From a bacterium (GTDB taxonomy: Bacteria > SAR324 > NAC60-12): DNA of 64,000 bases. The first letter of the stretch is position 1. Every line of letters starts with the position of its first letter. The DNA lies in NCBI GenBank assembly GCA_965205865.1, contig CBDBHR010000030.1:576001-640000 (forward strand). The letters run 5' to 3'. The notes under the pieces are model-generated. The model had not been told where the DNA came from. It worked only from the letters and a program-made list of their open reading frames with translations, and ran no database searches. Both the position numbers and the translations under genes were made by a program. Positions 19,236 through 28,978 of this stretch are shown here, piece after piece.

Positions 19236-20168
19236 ATGAAATTTGGTGTTCAAGTAAATTGTTATAATACGACCTGGGATGAGATCCGCAGGTCAATTGA
19301 AACGATGGAGGCGGGACGATGGAATAGTCTGTGGTTTGCCGACCACTTTCTGCCACCCATCCCGGGTTCGGTTCCAAACTCAAAAGAAGAACTCTTGACG
19401 GCGTTTGAAGGGTATACCCTGATCGCCGTAGCGGCAGGAATGACAGAAAAACTGAGGCTTGGTCATTTGGTGTTGGGCAACACGTATCGCAATCCGGCAC
19501 TGCTCGCGAAAATGGCAGCCACGTTGGACCAGGCTTGCAAGGGGCGTTTCACCTTGTCACTCGGCGCGGCCTGGTTCAAACGGGAACACGAAGCATTCGG
19601 CTGGGATTTCCCCACGATGAAGGAACGGCAGGATCGATTCCAGGAAGCGTGTGAAATGATTCGCATGCTCTTCACCGCCGATGCTCCGGTCGACTACAAC
19701 GGCGAATACTATCGACTCGACAATGCCCCGCTTTCTCCCGGTTGTTATCAACAACCGCACATTCCGATCATGGTGGGAGGCACGGGAGAACGTCGCACGT
19801 TGCGTACGTTGGCGATGTTTGGTGACGTCTTCAATCTCGATGGTTGGGCGGGTCAAGGCATGTCCATGGATGTCTTCCGACATAAGATCGGCGTATTGAA
19901 TAAACATTGCGAGAACATCGGTCGCGACCCGGCGGAAATCAAACACACCCTGCTTTGTCCATTGCAGGTCACGGAGGACCAGGCCTCCGAGGAAGCCTTC
20001 CAAAAACGATGGGGGCCCGGAGCGATGTGCGGGTCTCGAAGCCATGTCGTCGATCGCATCGGTCAGTTCGTGGAGGAAGGTGTCGACGAGATTATATTTG
20101 GCCATCTTCCCACCGGCAACGTGGAAGCTTATCAGCGGGTGGAAGAAGAAATCGTTGCGGTCTTCTGA
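19236..20168 (+). CDS. LLM-class flavin/F420-dependent oxidoreductase
   Basis: WFADHF, LGNTYRNPALLAKMAATLD, IMVGGTGERRTLR; AGGAGG RBS. Confidence 0.88.
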   Translation: MKFGVQVNCYNTTWDEIRRSIETMEAGRWNSLWFADHFLPPIPGSVPNSKEELLTAFEGYTLIAVAAGMTEKLRLGHLVLGNTYRNPALLAKMAATLDQACKGRFTLSLGAAWFKREHEAFGWDFPTMKERQDRFQEACEMIRMLFTADAPVDYNGEYYRLDNAPLSPGCYQQPHIPIMVGGTGERRTLRTLAMFGDVFNLDGWAGQGMSMDVFRHKIGVLNKHCENIGRDPAEIKHTLLCPLQVTEDQASEEAFQKRWGPGAMCGSRSHVVDRIGQFVEEGVDEIIFGHLPTGNVEAYQRVEEEIVAVF

Positions 20169-20189
20169 GCGATTGCCGGCGTAATCAGA

Positions 20190-21380
20190 TTAAAAAAAGG
20201 CGTGTCTCCCAGGTGGATGGGCGAGGATGGCTTCTTCATTCAAATCAGTGCCCCAACCGGGGCCTGTGGGTATATGAAATTGTCCGTCCTCGATCAGCGG
20301 AACGTTGGTGACGATGTCATCCTTCCAGGGCACGTCGTCGATATCGATTTCCATAATACGAAAATTCGGTACTGCGGCGCATAAATGGGCACTCGTGATG
20401 GAAGAAAGGTGCCCATAAAAATTGTGGGGGGCCACGTTGATTTCGTAGGCCTCCGCCAGTGCGGCAATTTTGAGCGATTGCCAGATTCCATTCCAGCTGA
20501 CGTCGATGATGGCGACGTCCATCGCGTAATGTTCAAAATAGGGTTTGAAACCTCGCAATCCATACAAGGACTCGCAAGAAGCAATCGGGGTTCGCACCGC
20601 GTCTCGAATCATTCTCAAAGAGGGGGGATCGAAGAGATCTATTTCGAACCAGGTCAGTCCGAGATCATCGAGAGCATGCGCCACTTGTAAATAACCTTCC
20701 GTCTTGAAATTGAAATTCAAATCGAGGTGAATGCCCAAATCCGGCCCTGCCCCTTCTCGCAGGGCGAGGAGTTGCTCCCTCAGTCCATCGATGATTGCTT
20801 TGTCCGCGTTCAGTTCAGGCCAGCCCGGCGTTTTCGAGAAACCCGCTCCATACACTGTGGGTGAGTCGCCCAGAATAAAGATATTGGTTTTCAAAGCCTT
20901 GAATCCTTTTTCGCGCACCTCCCGAGCCAACGAAATCAAATCTTGCATGCTTCGTACCGGGGGTTTTCCTACTGCGGCAGCCGATTGTTCTCTGATGCGG
21001 GTCGTGCCGCAATGAGACCAATAGAGTGGTAAACGATCCCGCACGGCTCCCCCCAGCAGTTCATAAACAGGGACGCCGAGTGACCGCGCCTTGATGTCGA
21101 GCAGGGCATTTTCGATGGCGGCGATTGCTTGCCGGTTGACGCCTCCCGGCGCCTGCCGGGTCAGGGAATACAATTGCTGGCTCAGGCTTTCATGGGCGCA
21201 TGGGTCGCTTCCCAGAATGATATGAGCCAATCGTTCAATGACCCCGCTCAGTCCGGGGCTGCCATAGCCTTCGTTGTATTCGGAAATGCCGGTCAAGCCT
21301 TCGTCGGTGGTCAGTTTCAAAAATGAAAACGTTCGCCATCCCGCGTCACAATGCAATGTTCGATAACCAGTGAGTTTCAT
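20190..21380 (-). CDS. Mandelate racemase/muconate lactonizing family enzyme (galactonate dehydratase-like)
   Basis: ENALLDIKA, KALKTN, DLNFN, WFEID, APHN. Confidence 0.88.
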   Translation of the reverse strand: MKLTGYRTLHCDAGWRTFSFLKLTTDEGLTGISEYNEGYGSPGLSGVIERLAHIILGSDPCAHESLSQQLYSLTRQAPGGVNRQAIAAIENALLDIKARSLGVPVYELLGGAVRDRLPLYWSHCGTTRIREQSAAAVGKPPVRSMQDLISLAREVREKGFKALKTNIFILGDSPTVYGAGFSKTPGWPELNADKAIIDGLREQLLALREGAGPDLGIHLDLNFNFKTEGYLQVAHALDDLGLTWFEIDLFDPPSLRMIRDAVRTPIASCESLYGLRGFKPYFEHYAMDVAIIDVSWNGIWQSLKIAALAEAYEINVAPHNFYGHLSSITSAHLCAAVPNFRIMEIDIDDVPWKDDIVTNVPLIEDGQFHIPTGPGWGTDLNEEAILAHPPGRHAFF

Positions 21381-21454
21381 GGATATGCCTCCTTGTTCGA
21401 GAATTCATCAGGAACCCGCTTTACGCAGGATTCATAGAAGTAAGGTGAGTCGAA

Positions 21455-22810
21455 TTATTTTTCCAAAAGCCTTTCCGCCATAAAGACGACAGGATGGATA
21501 ACCCGCAGGGGAAAGTCCCGGGACTGAATACCTGCCCGGATTTGGAAGAGACATCCCGGATTTCCGGTGACCAAGGTGCGAGCTTCGGGAAAACGGGCGA
21601 TGCTTGCTGCCACCGAATCCAATTTGCGGGCAAGAACGGCATTGGCCAATTCCGGTTGCGTTAAATTATAGATACCTGCGGAACCGCAACACCAGTCGGA
21701 TTCGCTGAGAGAATGCAGGGTGACGCCGGGAAGACGGTTCAGCAGTTTTTGAGGATTTTTATTGATCCCCTGAGCATGTTGCAAATGGCAGGGCGCGTCA
21801 TAGAAAATCACCTCCTCGTCCCGTTTCCAGGGAAGGTTTTTGACAAAATCGGGAACCCGGGATAAAAATTCGAGGATATCGATCGCCTTGCTTTGCAAGG
21901 TCTGCCAATCTTGTTGGGGAGCGGCATCTTTTTGCGCAAACAAGTGATGGTACTCTTTCAATTGGGCGCCGCATCCGGCCGCATTGGTGATGATGGCATC
22001 CCAGGGCTTATTTCCGAAAACGGCAAGATTTTGCCTGGCCAAACGGCGGGCTGTCTGGCGGTCACCACTATGGACGTGCAGGGCGCCGCAGCAGGTTTGT
22101 TCCTTGGAGACAACCACTTCACAACCGGCGGCCCGCAGCAAATTCAAGCTTGCTTCATGCGTGGCTACTTCGGAAACGTCCATGATGCAGCCCGTAAAAA
22201 ATCCCACCTGAAAGCGAGTTTTCTGGCGGTGGCTTGGTGCCAGAGAACCTTTGGCGGCATATTTCAATTTGAAGGAACTGCCCGAGAATTGTGGCAACAT
22301 GCTCTGCGCGCTGACGAGGCGCCGGGGGAGTATCTTGCGCAGGACCCTGTGGGTAATAAGCCGGGGTATCCCCGAGCTGATGTAAATTTTCATGATCACG
22401 CTGACCGACCGCAACAATCCGGTCGAGATCAAAAGATGCTTCAAAAACACTTTACGCAACAATCTTTCCTTGAAACTCTGAGATACCTTCTCCTGGATGA
22501 TCCCCCGCGTCTTTTCCAACAATTCCCCGTAGCGCACATTTGAGGGACAAGCGCTTTCACATGCCCGGCAATCCAGACAGCGGCTCAAAGGGGCGATCAC
22601 GTCTTCATTCAATTCAAGTTCGTTTTGCCAGAGTCCTCGCATGAGAAACAGCCTCCCCCGCGGAGAATCCTGTTCCATTCCCAGTTCGCGATAGGTGGGG
22701 CAGACGTCCAGGCACAAACCACAATGCACGCACGAAAGGATGCCATCGAAGTCAACATTTTCAAATAAGAACGGACGGTTCCGCTCACTGCGGAGGGGCA
22801 AATCGCTCAT
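21455..22810 (-). CDS. glcF: Glycolate oxidase iron-sulfur subunit
   Basis: CVHCGLCLDVCP, CLDCRACESACP, two CCG domains; downstream of glcDE. Confidence 0.88.
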   Translation of the reverse strand: MSDLPLRSERNRPFLFENVDFDGILSCVHCGLCLDVCPTYRELGMEQDSPRGRLFLMRGLWQNELELNEDVIAPLSRCLDCRACESACPSNVRYGELLEKTRGIIQEKVSQSFKERLLRKVFLKHLLISTGLLRSVSVIMKIYISSGIPRLITHRVLRKILPRRLVSAQSMLPQFSGSSFKLKYAAKGSLAPSHRQKTRFQVGFFTGCIMDVSEVATHEASLNLLRAAGCEVVVSKEQTCCGALHVHSGDRQTARRLARQNLAVFGNKPWDAIITNAAGCGAQLKEYHHLFAQKDAAPQQDWQTLQSKAIDILEFLSRVPDFVKNLPWKRDEEVIFYDAPCHLQHAQGINKNPQKLLNRLPGVTLHSLSESDWCCGSAGIYNLTQPELANAVLARKLDSVAASIARFPEARTLVTGNPGCLFQIRAGIQSRDFPLRVIHPVVFMAERLLEK

Positions 22811-24039
22811 AGGGATTTTCCTTCGTCGAGTTCATAAAAAGGCGCGTGAAATACGGCGGCAGGATCCAATTTCCGTTTGAGGGATTTCATCAGCGAGTAG
22901 GCTTTCGGGATCGCAAACCCCTCCAGATACTCATTACCCAAGCCCGGGGCCGAATTGATCAAAGAGAGGGTTGCCGACGTATCTTCCAGCTGATTTTTTA
23001 CGGTAGTGAGCAGTTTTTTTTGGAATTCCACTGATTCATTCCGGTGGATCAAATGAAAATCACCTCCGATAGGATGGACAATCGCGCAGGGGCGCCCCTC
23101 GTGGGAGCCCACCAAGGTGTGGAGGCCCACGAGGGGCGCCCCTCCTTTCGTTTGATCGAGCATTTCCGCGGTGGAAACTACGCCATAGAGATGGAGATAA
23201 GCGTTTCCCAGTCGCAGGGGCCTCAAGACGTCCGGGAGAAATCCGAAAAATCGTTGCTGTCCGGGAAGGACTGCCAGGTTTCCCGGCGTTTTTCCTTCCG
23301 GCAGGACTTCGCAATTCCCGGAAAAAATAGCGCGCAAATCTTTTTCAATGCGTTTTTGTCGTACGTCGATACCTGAAAAACCTATTCCGACAACCCAGTC
23401 TGCCGATCCGGTTGAGATTGCTTCCACCCAATCAAGCGGGATCATTTGTTCTTGAAGCTCTTTTACTTTTGCGAGCCATTGGTTGTTCGTGAAGCTAAAA
23501 TAGAGCGCCGAAGCGCCGGGGGGTCGAGGCAGGACTTTGAAATTGACGGCGGTGATGACTCCCAAGCCTCCCCGGCTGCCGAGCATCATCCTGCTGAGAT
23601 CGTAACCGGTCACGTTCTTCACGACACGCCCCCCTGCTTTCACCAGTTCACCTTTACCATTGACGTATTCGATGCCGATAATCGAGTCGCGCAAACCACC
23701 GCCATTCATGCGATTGGCGCCTGAATCATTGCATGCCACGATACTGCCGATGGTGGAATTGGGATACCAGGGGTTGAAGGGGAGAAACATTTTTTTTTGA
23801 TTGATGAGGGATTGCAGGTCCCGGGCGCGCATGCCTGCTTGCACGCCAATCACCATATCATCCGCATCAAAAAAAAGAATTTCTTTGAGATTGCGGGTCG
23901 ACAAGACGTCCAGGTCGTTCTCGGAGCAGCGCGAATTCGAACCGCGAATGACAAAAGGCCGGTTTTGTTGGATGCGATTGTCGACCCATGCCTGCAGGTT
24001 GGCTGATTTTCGGGGAGAATAGGTTTTGTTCAGATTCAC
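22807..24039 (-). CDS. glcE: Glycolate oxidase FAD subunit
   Basis: GGRVVKNVTGYDL, LKRKLDP; GTG start overlapping the glcD stop. Confidence 0.82.
   Translation of the reverse strand: MNLNKTYSPRKSANLQAWVDNRIQQNRPFVIRGSNSRCSENDLDVLSTRNLKEILFFDADDMVIGVQAGMRARDLQSLINQKKMFLPFNPWYPNSTIGSIVACNDSGANRMNGGGLRDSIIGIEYVNGKGELVKAGGRVVKNVTGYDLSRMMLGSRGGLGVITAVNFKVLPRPPGASALYFSFTNNQWLAKVKELQEQMIPLDWVEAISTGSADWVVGIGFSGIDVRQKRIEKDLRAIFSGNCEVLPEGKTPGNLAVLPGQQRFFGFLPDVLRPLRLGNAYLHLYGVVSTAEMLDQTKGGAPLVGLHTLVGSHEGRPCAIVHPIGGDFHLIHRNESVEFQKKLLTTVKNQLEDTSATLSLINSAPGLGNEYLEGFAIPKAYSLMKSLKRKLDPAAVFHAPFYELDEGKSL
23086..23145. repeat. GTAG-type REP doublet inside glcE
   Basis: Perfect 18-bp inverted repeat aggggcgcccctcgtggg (23088-23105) / cccacgaggggcgcccct (23126-23143). 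Confidence 0.8.
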
Positions 24040-25472
24040 GCATGCACTCCGCTTTTGGCCTGAACGAACTTGGTCTCCATGCATTTACCGGGAGTGGGAA
24101 AGATTTTTCCGGGGTTGAGGAGGTTGAGCGGATTGAAGAAAGTACGAACCCAGGTCATGTTGTTCAGATCCGTTTCTGAAAACACCTGTGACATCATTTC
24201 TATTTTTTCCAGACCAATGCCATGCTCTCCCGACAAGGATCCTCCCAGCGAAGCGCAGATATTCAGAATTTCCCGCCCGGCTTTATCCGCGTTTTTGATT
24301 TCTTGCGGTTCCTTGTAATCGTACAAAATGAGAGGGTGCAGATTGCCATCGCCCGCATGGAAGACGTTGGCGATGGTCAAATCGTATTTCCGACCTATGG
24401 CCAGGACTTGCTCCAGCACCTCGGGCAGGGCGCTGCGGGGAATGACGCCATCTTGCACGTAGTAACTCGGAGAAATGTTGCCAATTGCGCCAAATGCCTC
24501 TTTTCTCGCTCTCCAGATCAATGCGCGTTCCTCTTCACTTTGCGCACGCCGGACGTCCGTGGCATTGTTGTCCTGCAGGACTTTGGCAACCCGGAAGGCT
24601 TCCTCTTCTATGCCCTCCTGCAGATCTTCCAATTCCACTAACAGGACGGCTTCCGCATCGAGAGGGAAACCGGGAGCGATCGATTTTTCAACGGCCTGGA
24701 TGACCACGTTGTCAATCATTTCCATGGCGGCGGGAATGATACCTTGCCGAATCGTGCCGGAGACTGCTTGACAAGCATCCCGGACGGAAGAAAAGACGCC
24801 AAGGAGAGTTATTACTTTTTCCGGAAGCGGCGTCAGACGGCAAATGACCTTGGTGACGATCCCGAAGGTACCTTCCGACCCAACAAAGAGTCCCAGCAGG
24901 TCCGGTCCGGGGGCGCCCCAGTGTTTGCCACCCAATTCGACCACTTCCCCGTTGGGAAGCACCGCCTCGATTCCCAAAACATGGTTGACGGTTACTCCGT
25001 ACTTGAGGGTATGCGGTCCTCCCGAGTTTTCCGCGACGTTGCCTCCCACCGTACAAGCTTTCTGAGAAGAAGGGTCCGGCACGTAATAATAGCCGTTGGG
25101 TTTGACATGTTCCGAAATTTTCAAATTGACCACCCCGGGACCGACACTGATGGAACGATTGAGAAAATCGATCTCATGGATTTGACGGAAACGAAACATT
25201 TCGAGGATCACGCTTTCTTCTTTGGGAATTGCGCCACCGGACAAACCCGTACCGGCCCCTCGCGGCAGGAAGCTGATACGATTGCCGTGCAACAACTTGA
25301 CGACGGCCACCAATTCTTGCCGGTTTCCGGGAAAAACCACGCCCATCGGCATTCCGGAATACAGAGTCAGCGCGTCCGATTTGTAGGTATATAAGGTGAC
25401 CGGGTCGTCTTTGACCCATTGCGCGCCCAAAATTTCGACCAGCGCCTTCTTTATCTTTTGATCAAATGCCAT
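24036..25472 (-). CDS. glcD: Glycolate oxidase subunit GlcD
   Basis: RGAGTGLSGG, PDPSS, ENSGGPHTLKYG, HAGDGNLHP, GEHGIG. Confidence 0.92.
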   Translation of the reverse strand: MAFDQKIKKALVEILGAQWVKDDPVTLYTYKSDALTLYSGMPMGVVFPGNRQELVAVVKLLHGNRISFLPRGAGTGLSGGAIPKEESVILEMFRFRQIHEIDFLNRSISVGPGVVNLKISEHVKPNGYYYVPDPSSQKACTVGGNVAENSGGPHTLKYGVTVNHVLGIEAVLPNGEVVELGGKHWGAPGPDLLGLFVGSEGTFGIVTKVICRLTPLPEKVITLLGVFSSVRDACQAVSGTIRQGIIPAAMEMIDNVVIQAVEKSIAPGFPLDAEAVLLVELEDLQEGIEEEAFRVAKVLQDNNATDVRRAQSEEERALIWRARKEAFGAIGNISPSYYVQDGVIPRSALPEVLEQVLAIGRKYDLTIANVFHAGDGNLHPLILYDYKEPQEIKNADKAGREILNICASLGGSLSGEHGIGLEKIEMMSQVFSETDLNNMTWVRTFFNPLNLLNPGKIFPTPGKCMETKFVQAKSGVHA

Positions 25473-25556
25473 TTTTTCGTTCTCTTTGTTGGTAACAGTC
25501 GATGCACTTTTAAAATTGAAATCAGATTTACAGTAAATCTCGACTTTAGTCAAAAT

Positions 25557-26522
25557 TTAAGTGACCACGCGCAACTCCGGATTGATATTCCAACAGGCCA
25601 CTTTATGGCGGGAAAAATTTTCAAGCAGAGCAGGGGGATTCTGTTGACAAATGTTTTGGCGCAGGCTGCAACGGGAATAAAATCCACACCCTTTTGGCAA
25701 GTCCAGGGGGGAGGGTATTTCTCCCTGCAGAATTTTCAGTCCCATCGCTTTTTTGGCGAGGGTGGGCATACTTTGCAACAAGGCATGGGTGTATGGATGC
25801 TGAGCTCGGGAGCGAAGCGTTTTTTCCGGCAATTCTTCAACAATTTTTCCCAAGTACATGACGAGGATACGGTCACAAAAAAAATCCACGATTTCCAAGT
25901 CGTGGGAAATGAAAAGGAGACTTAGCTGGTGGTGCTGCTGCAGATCTTTCAATAAATTGAGAATCTGGGCTTGAATGGAAACATCCAGGGCGGAAACGGG
26001 TTCATCGGCAATCAACAATGTTGGTTTCGCACTGAGAGCGCGGGCGATTGCAATCCTCTGGCGTTGTCCGCCACTGAATTCATGGGGATATTTTTTCAGG
26101 GCGCTTTGGGGCAAGCCAACTTCCTCCAGCAGCGTTTTGCAAACCGTGGTCACGTCACTCGAGGGTTGATGCATGCGGATCATTTCGCTCAGAAGCGCCG
26201 CGACTGTCATTTTGGGATTGAGAGATGAAAAAGGATCCTGGAAGACCATCTGAACCCGGTGGTAATAACGCCGGCGTGGATAGCGGCGGATGGCGACCTC
26301 ATCCAGTTGGATTCGACCTGCCGAAGGTTCCAAAATTCTCATAATCAAGCGGGCCAGGGTGGATTTGCCACATCCCGATTCTCCCACGATACCCAGAATT
26401 TCGCCTGCTTCCAATTCGAAAGAAATCCCATTCACCACTGCCGCCCGGCTGGTTTCCCTCAACAAGACGCCGCTATGAATGGGAAAATGTTTGTAGAGAT
26501 CGTCGACTTTCAGTAGGGCCAT
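25557..26522 (-). CDS. Oligopeptide/dipeptide ABC transporter ATP-binding protein
   Basis: GESGCGKST, YPHEFSGGQRQR, HPYT, GCGFYSRC. Confidence 0.92.
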   Translation of the reverse strand: MALLKVDDLYKHFPIHSGVLLRETSRAAVVNGISFELEAGEILGIVGESGCGKSTLARLIMRILEPSAGRIQLDEVAIRRYPRRRYYHRVQMVFQDPFSSLNPKMTVAALLSEMIRMHQPSSDVTTVCKTLLEEVGLPQSALKKYPHEFSGGQRQRIAIARALSAKPTLLIADEPVSALDVSIQAQILNLLKDLQQHHQLSLLFISHDLEIVDFFCDRILVMYLGKIVEELPEKTLRSRAQHPYTHALLQSMPTLAKKAMGLKILQGEIPSPLDLPKGCGFYSRCSLRQNICQQNPPALLENFSRHKVACWNINPELRVVT

Positions 26523-26584
26523 ATTTCTCGAGTGGAAACGGTATTGGCGGAATCATCTCCGATTTTCCGCAAGCTGCATGAAAG

Positions 26585-27028
26585 CTACCATCCTTTTTCA
26601 CCCTGACAGACGATTCTATTTTTACGAATGCGAAAAGCCCGTGCGACGACACGCTCATCGAGGAAGGCGAAACGCTCCGCTTTCAAGGGAATTCCAAAGC
26701 TCCCGTCAGAACGCAAAATGACGCGGGTATTGGGAGCGGTAAAAAAGGTTTGCATGCCATAATCATGCAAGGGCCGCGAAGGATCAATCCCTTTCTCGGG
26801 AACGATGCTTTCACCGGTTCGCAGGACACAGACGAAGCGATCTTCATCACCCACCGAATGACTTTTAAGCCGGAAGTCGGTAACAAGCTTGTGCACCAGC
26901 CTCCTGCGATAGGAATTCATCGGTTGAAATTCCAGCATTTCTTCGTCGGATTCAATAAATTCTTTGAGATCCTGATAAACCGAATTTAAAAATTCTTGAT
27001 CTTCTTTGGTCAGTGGATTGTCCATCAT
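26585..27028 (-). CDS. R3H domain nucleic acid-binding protein
   Basis: PMNSYRRRLVH..LKSHSVG. Confidence 0.8.
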   Translation of the reverse strand: MMDNPLTKEDQEFLNSVYQDLKEFIESDEEMLEFQPMNSYRRRLVHKLVTDFRLKSHSVGDEDRFVCVLRTGESIVPEKGIDPSRPLHDYGMQTFFTAPNTRVILRSDGSFGIPLKAERFAFLDERVVARAFRIRKNRIVCQGEKGW

Positions 27029-27203
27029 GGGGAATATTTAGAACGGCGATTTTTAGATTGAAATTCGGGTTCCGCGTGGCACTTTTTGTTTACGAAAATC
27101 CGCATTGCATAAGATTCATACAGGCGACGTCATTGAAAATATAATGAGAGCGGAATGAACACGCAAGCGAATATTGAAGCGGGCATTATGGGGAAGTCGG
27201 TAA

Positions 27204-27698
27204 TCAGGATTTGAAATAGTGGAGAAGGCGATGGATTCCAATGAGGAGCAGGCCTATCAGGGGGATTGCGTACCAGAAGGTGAGCTCAAACTCCAGGCGG
27301 AAAGCAAATCCCAAAAGGAGCAGGCTGCCACCAAAAACCCATCCCAGGCGCATCAGGTGACGACGGATCAAAAGGGATTTATGGTGAAAATCGTCTGTTG
27401 ATTCAAGCCACAGGTAAAATCGTTGCAAATCCCAAACGGCCAGAGCCGCGATCATGCCTGCTATAAAATACATTTCCCCCGCGCTTCGTAAGACCCCTGC
27501 AAGGGAGACCAGGACCAATAACAGCAAACAGAAATTTCCCACCCAAGGGCGATTGGAGTGAACTCCCCAACCCCAAAATGCCCCGAGAGACAGTAGGCAG
27601 AACAGACCTCTGCTTCCCCAAACAGTGGCAGCCCCGATTCCCACCCAGCCAGATAGCAGGATGATCAAAAACAAAATATGGTATCTGTTGAAATTCAT
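27204..27698 (-). CDS. Hypothetical membrane protein
   Basis: Several hydrophobic segments; overlaps the DUF58 gene stop. Confidence 0.7.
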   Translation of the reverse strand: MNFNRYHILFLIILLSGWVGIGAATVWGSRGLFCLLSLGAFWGWGVHSNRPWVGNFCLLLLVLVSLAGVLRSAGEMYFIAGMIAALAVWDLQRFYLWLESTDDFHHKSLLIRRHLMRLGWVFGGSLLLLGFAFRLEFELTFWYAIPLIGLLLIGIHRLLHYFKS

Positions 27699-28978
27699 CC
27701 CCACCCCTGATGTTGTTGCCACACGCGAAATCGTGAGAAATGGAGCTGCAATGCCTGCTCAAAGCTCGATTGTACATCCCAGGAAACGACAAAAATTCCC
27801 TGTTGCAGCAATTTTTGCGCGACCAGAGTTTGTTCGATTTTTGCGACACGCCTGACCATCGATTGCTGGCGGATCGTGGAATGCTCCTCCAGCAGCGTGG
27901 CCGTGAAATCCGTCAATACCACCATCAGCTGATACCCCCGCGCCCGCAAACGAATGAGGGCGGAAATATCCTCGAGACGGAGAGGGCTGATGAGAATAAT
28001 TTGGGAATGGGGTGGAAAAAATCGAGTGGGAATGTTTTCCATTTTTTGAAATACCTGGTGCGTTCCTTCTCTGGCATTGCTCAGGGAATGGAATATTTTC
28101 TCCCGTTGGTATTTTCCATATCCCGGGAGAGTCCATTTCACGATCGTTCCGTAGATGAGCAGACCCACCCGATTTCCCCCGGACAGCAACGAGTCCGCCA
28201 AAGTGGCAGTCGCGTCCACTGCGTAGCTCAGGTAGCGGGATTGGGGATGCCGGGGGTAGCGAGCTTCTCGCTCATCGAGGATCAGGCCAATATCCGCAAC
28301 CCGTTCCTGTTCATAAGTATTGGTGAAGAACAACTCGGGGTTTCTGGCGCAGGCGTGCCAATTGATGCGGCGCAAAGAGTCACCGGGTTGGTATTCCCGC
28401 ACTTCAAAAAACTGGGTGCCCGCGCCCTGTACGCGGGATGGGTTGACTCCGAGCCTCTGCAAGGGACGATTCAAAGGCAATGGTATTTTTCTCAGTTTAT
28501 CGACTTTGGGCAAGACAATCAGATTTTTGGAATGGCACAGATTGGCGACTTTCCTGCGGAGGTGAAAGTGATCAAAGACGGTAACGGTCATGGCGCTGAA
28601 ATTGAATTCTCCCGGTTTGACCTCGACCGTATAGACCAATTCGATCGTTTCTCCGCTTTCAAAGGTTGTCGACATTTGGAGATTTCCCTCGACCAACTCG
28701 ATATTTTCGGGAAGCAAATCCTCGATATGCGCTTCTTCCAACCGTCCGGCGCCGCGATTGGTAATCCGGTTTGTGACTGTCACTCGATCCCCACGGAGGG
28801 CGCGGTTGTCGCTCAGTGTTCTTTGCAAAGATAAATCGATGGCGGAAGGGAAGCGCAGTATACTCGAGGCGATATACAAGGCATAAGGCAGCGCGGCTGC
28901 CAGGAGAAGAGATTCGCGAGCAAATATCCCGGCAAGGGCGAGCAGATAGAAGATCAGAATGACGATTTGCAGGTTCAT
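27695..28978 (-). CDS. DUF58 domain protein
   Basis: VREYQPGDSLRRINWHA; follows MoxR. Confidence 0.9.
   Translation of the reverse strand: MNLQIVILIFYLLALAGIFARESLLLAAALPYALYIASSILRFPSAIDLSLQRTLSDNRALRGDRVTVTNRITNRGAGRLEEAHIEDLLPENIELVEGNLQMSTTFESGETIELVYTVEVKPGEFNFSAMTVTVFDHFHLRRKVANLCHSKNLIVLPKVDKLRKIPLPLNRPLQRLGVNPSRVQGAGTQFFEVREYQPGDSLRRINWHACARNPELFFTNTYEQERVADIGLILDEREARYPRHPQSRYLSYAVDATATLADSLLSGGNRVGLLIYGTIVKWTLPGYGKYQREKIFHSLSNAREGTHQVFQKMENIPTRFFPPHSQIILISPLRLEDISALIRLRARGYQLMVVLTDFTATLLEEHSTIRQQSMVRRVAKIEQTLVAQKLLQQGIFVVSWDVQSSFEQALQLHFSRFRVWQQHQGWG

Noticed and set aside
27740-28834. 364-aa + strand ORF, and similar antisense ORFs in rpoBC, glcD and the epimerase
   Set aside because: Fully antisense to well-supported genes
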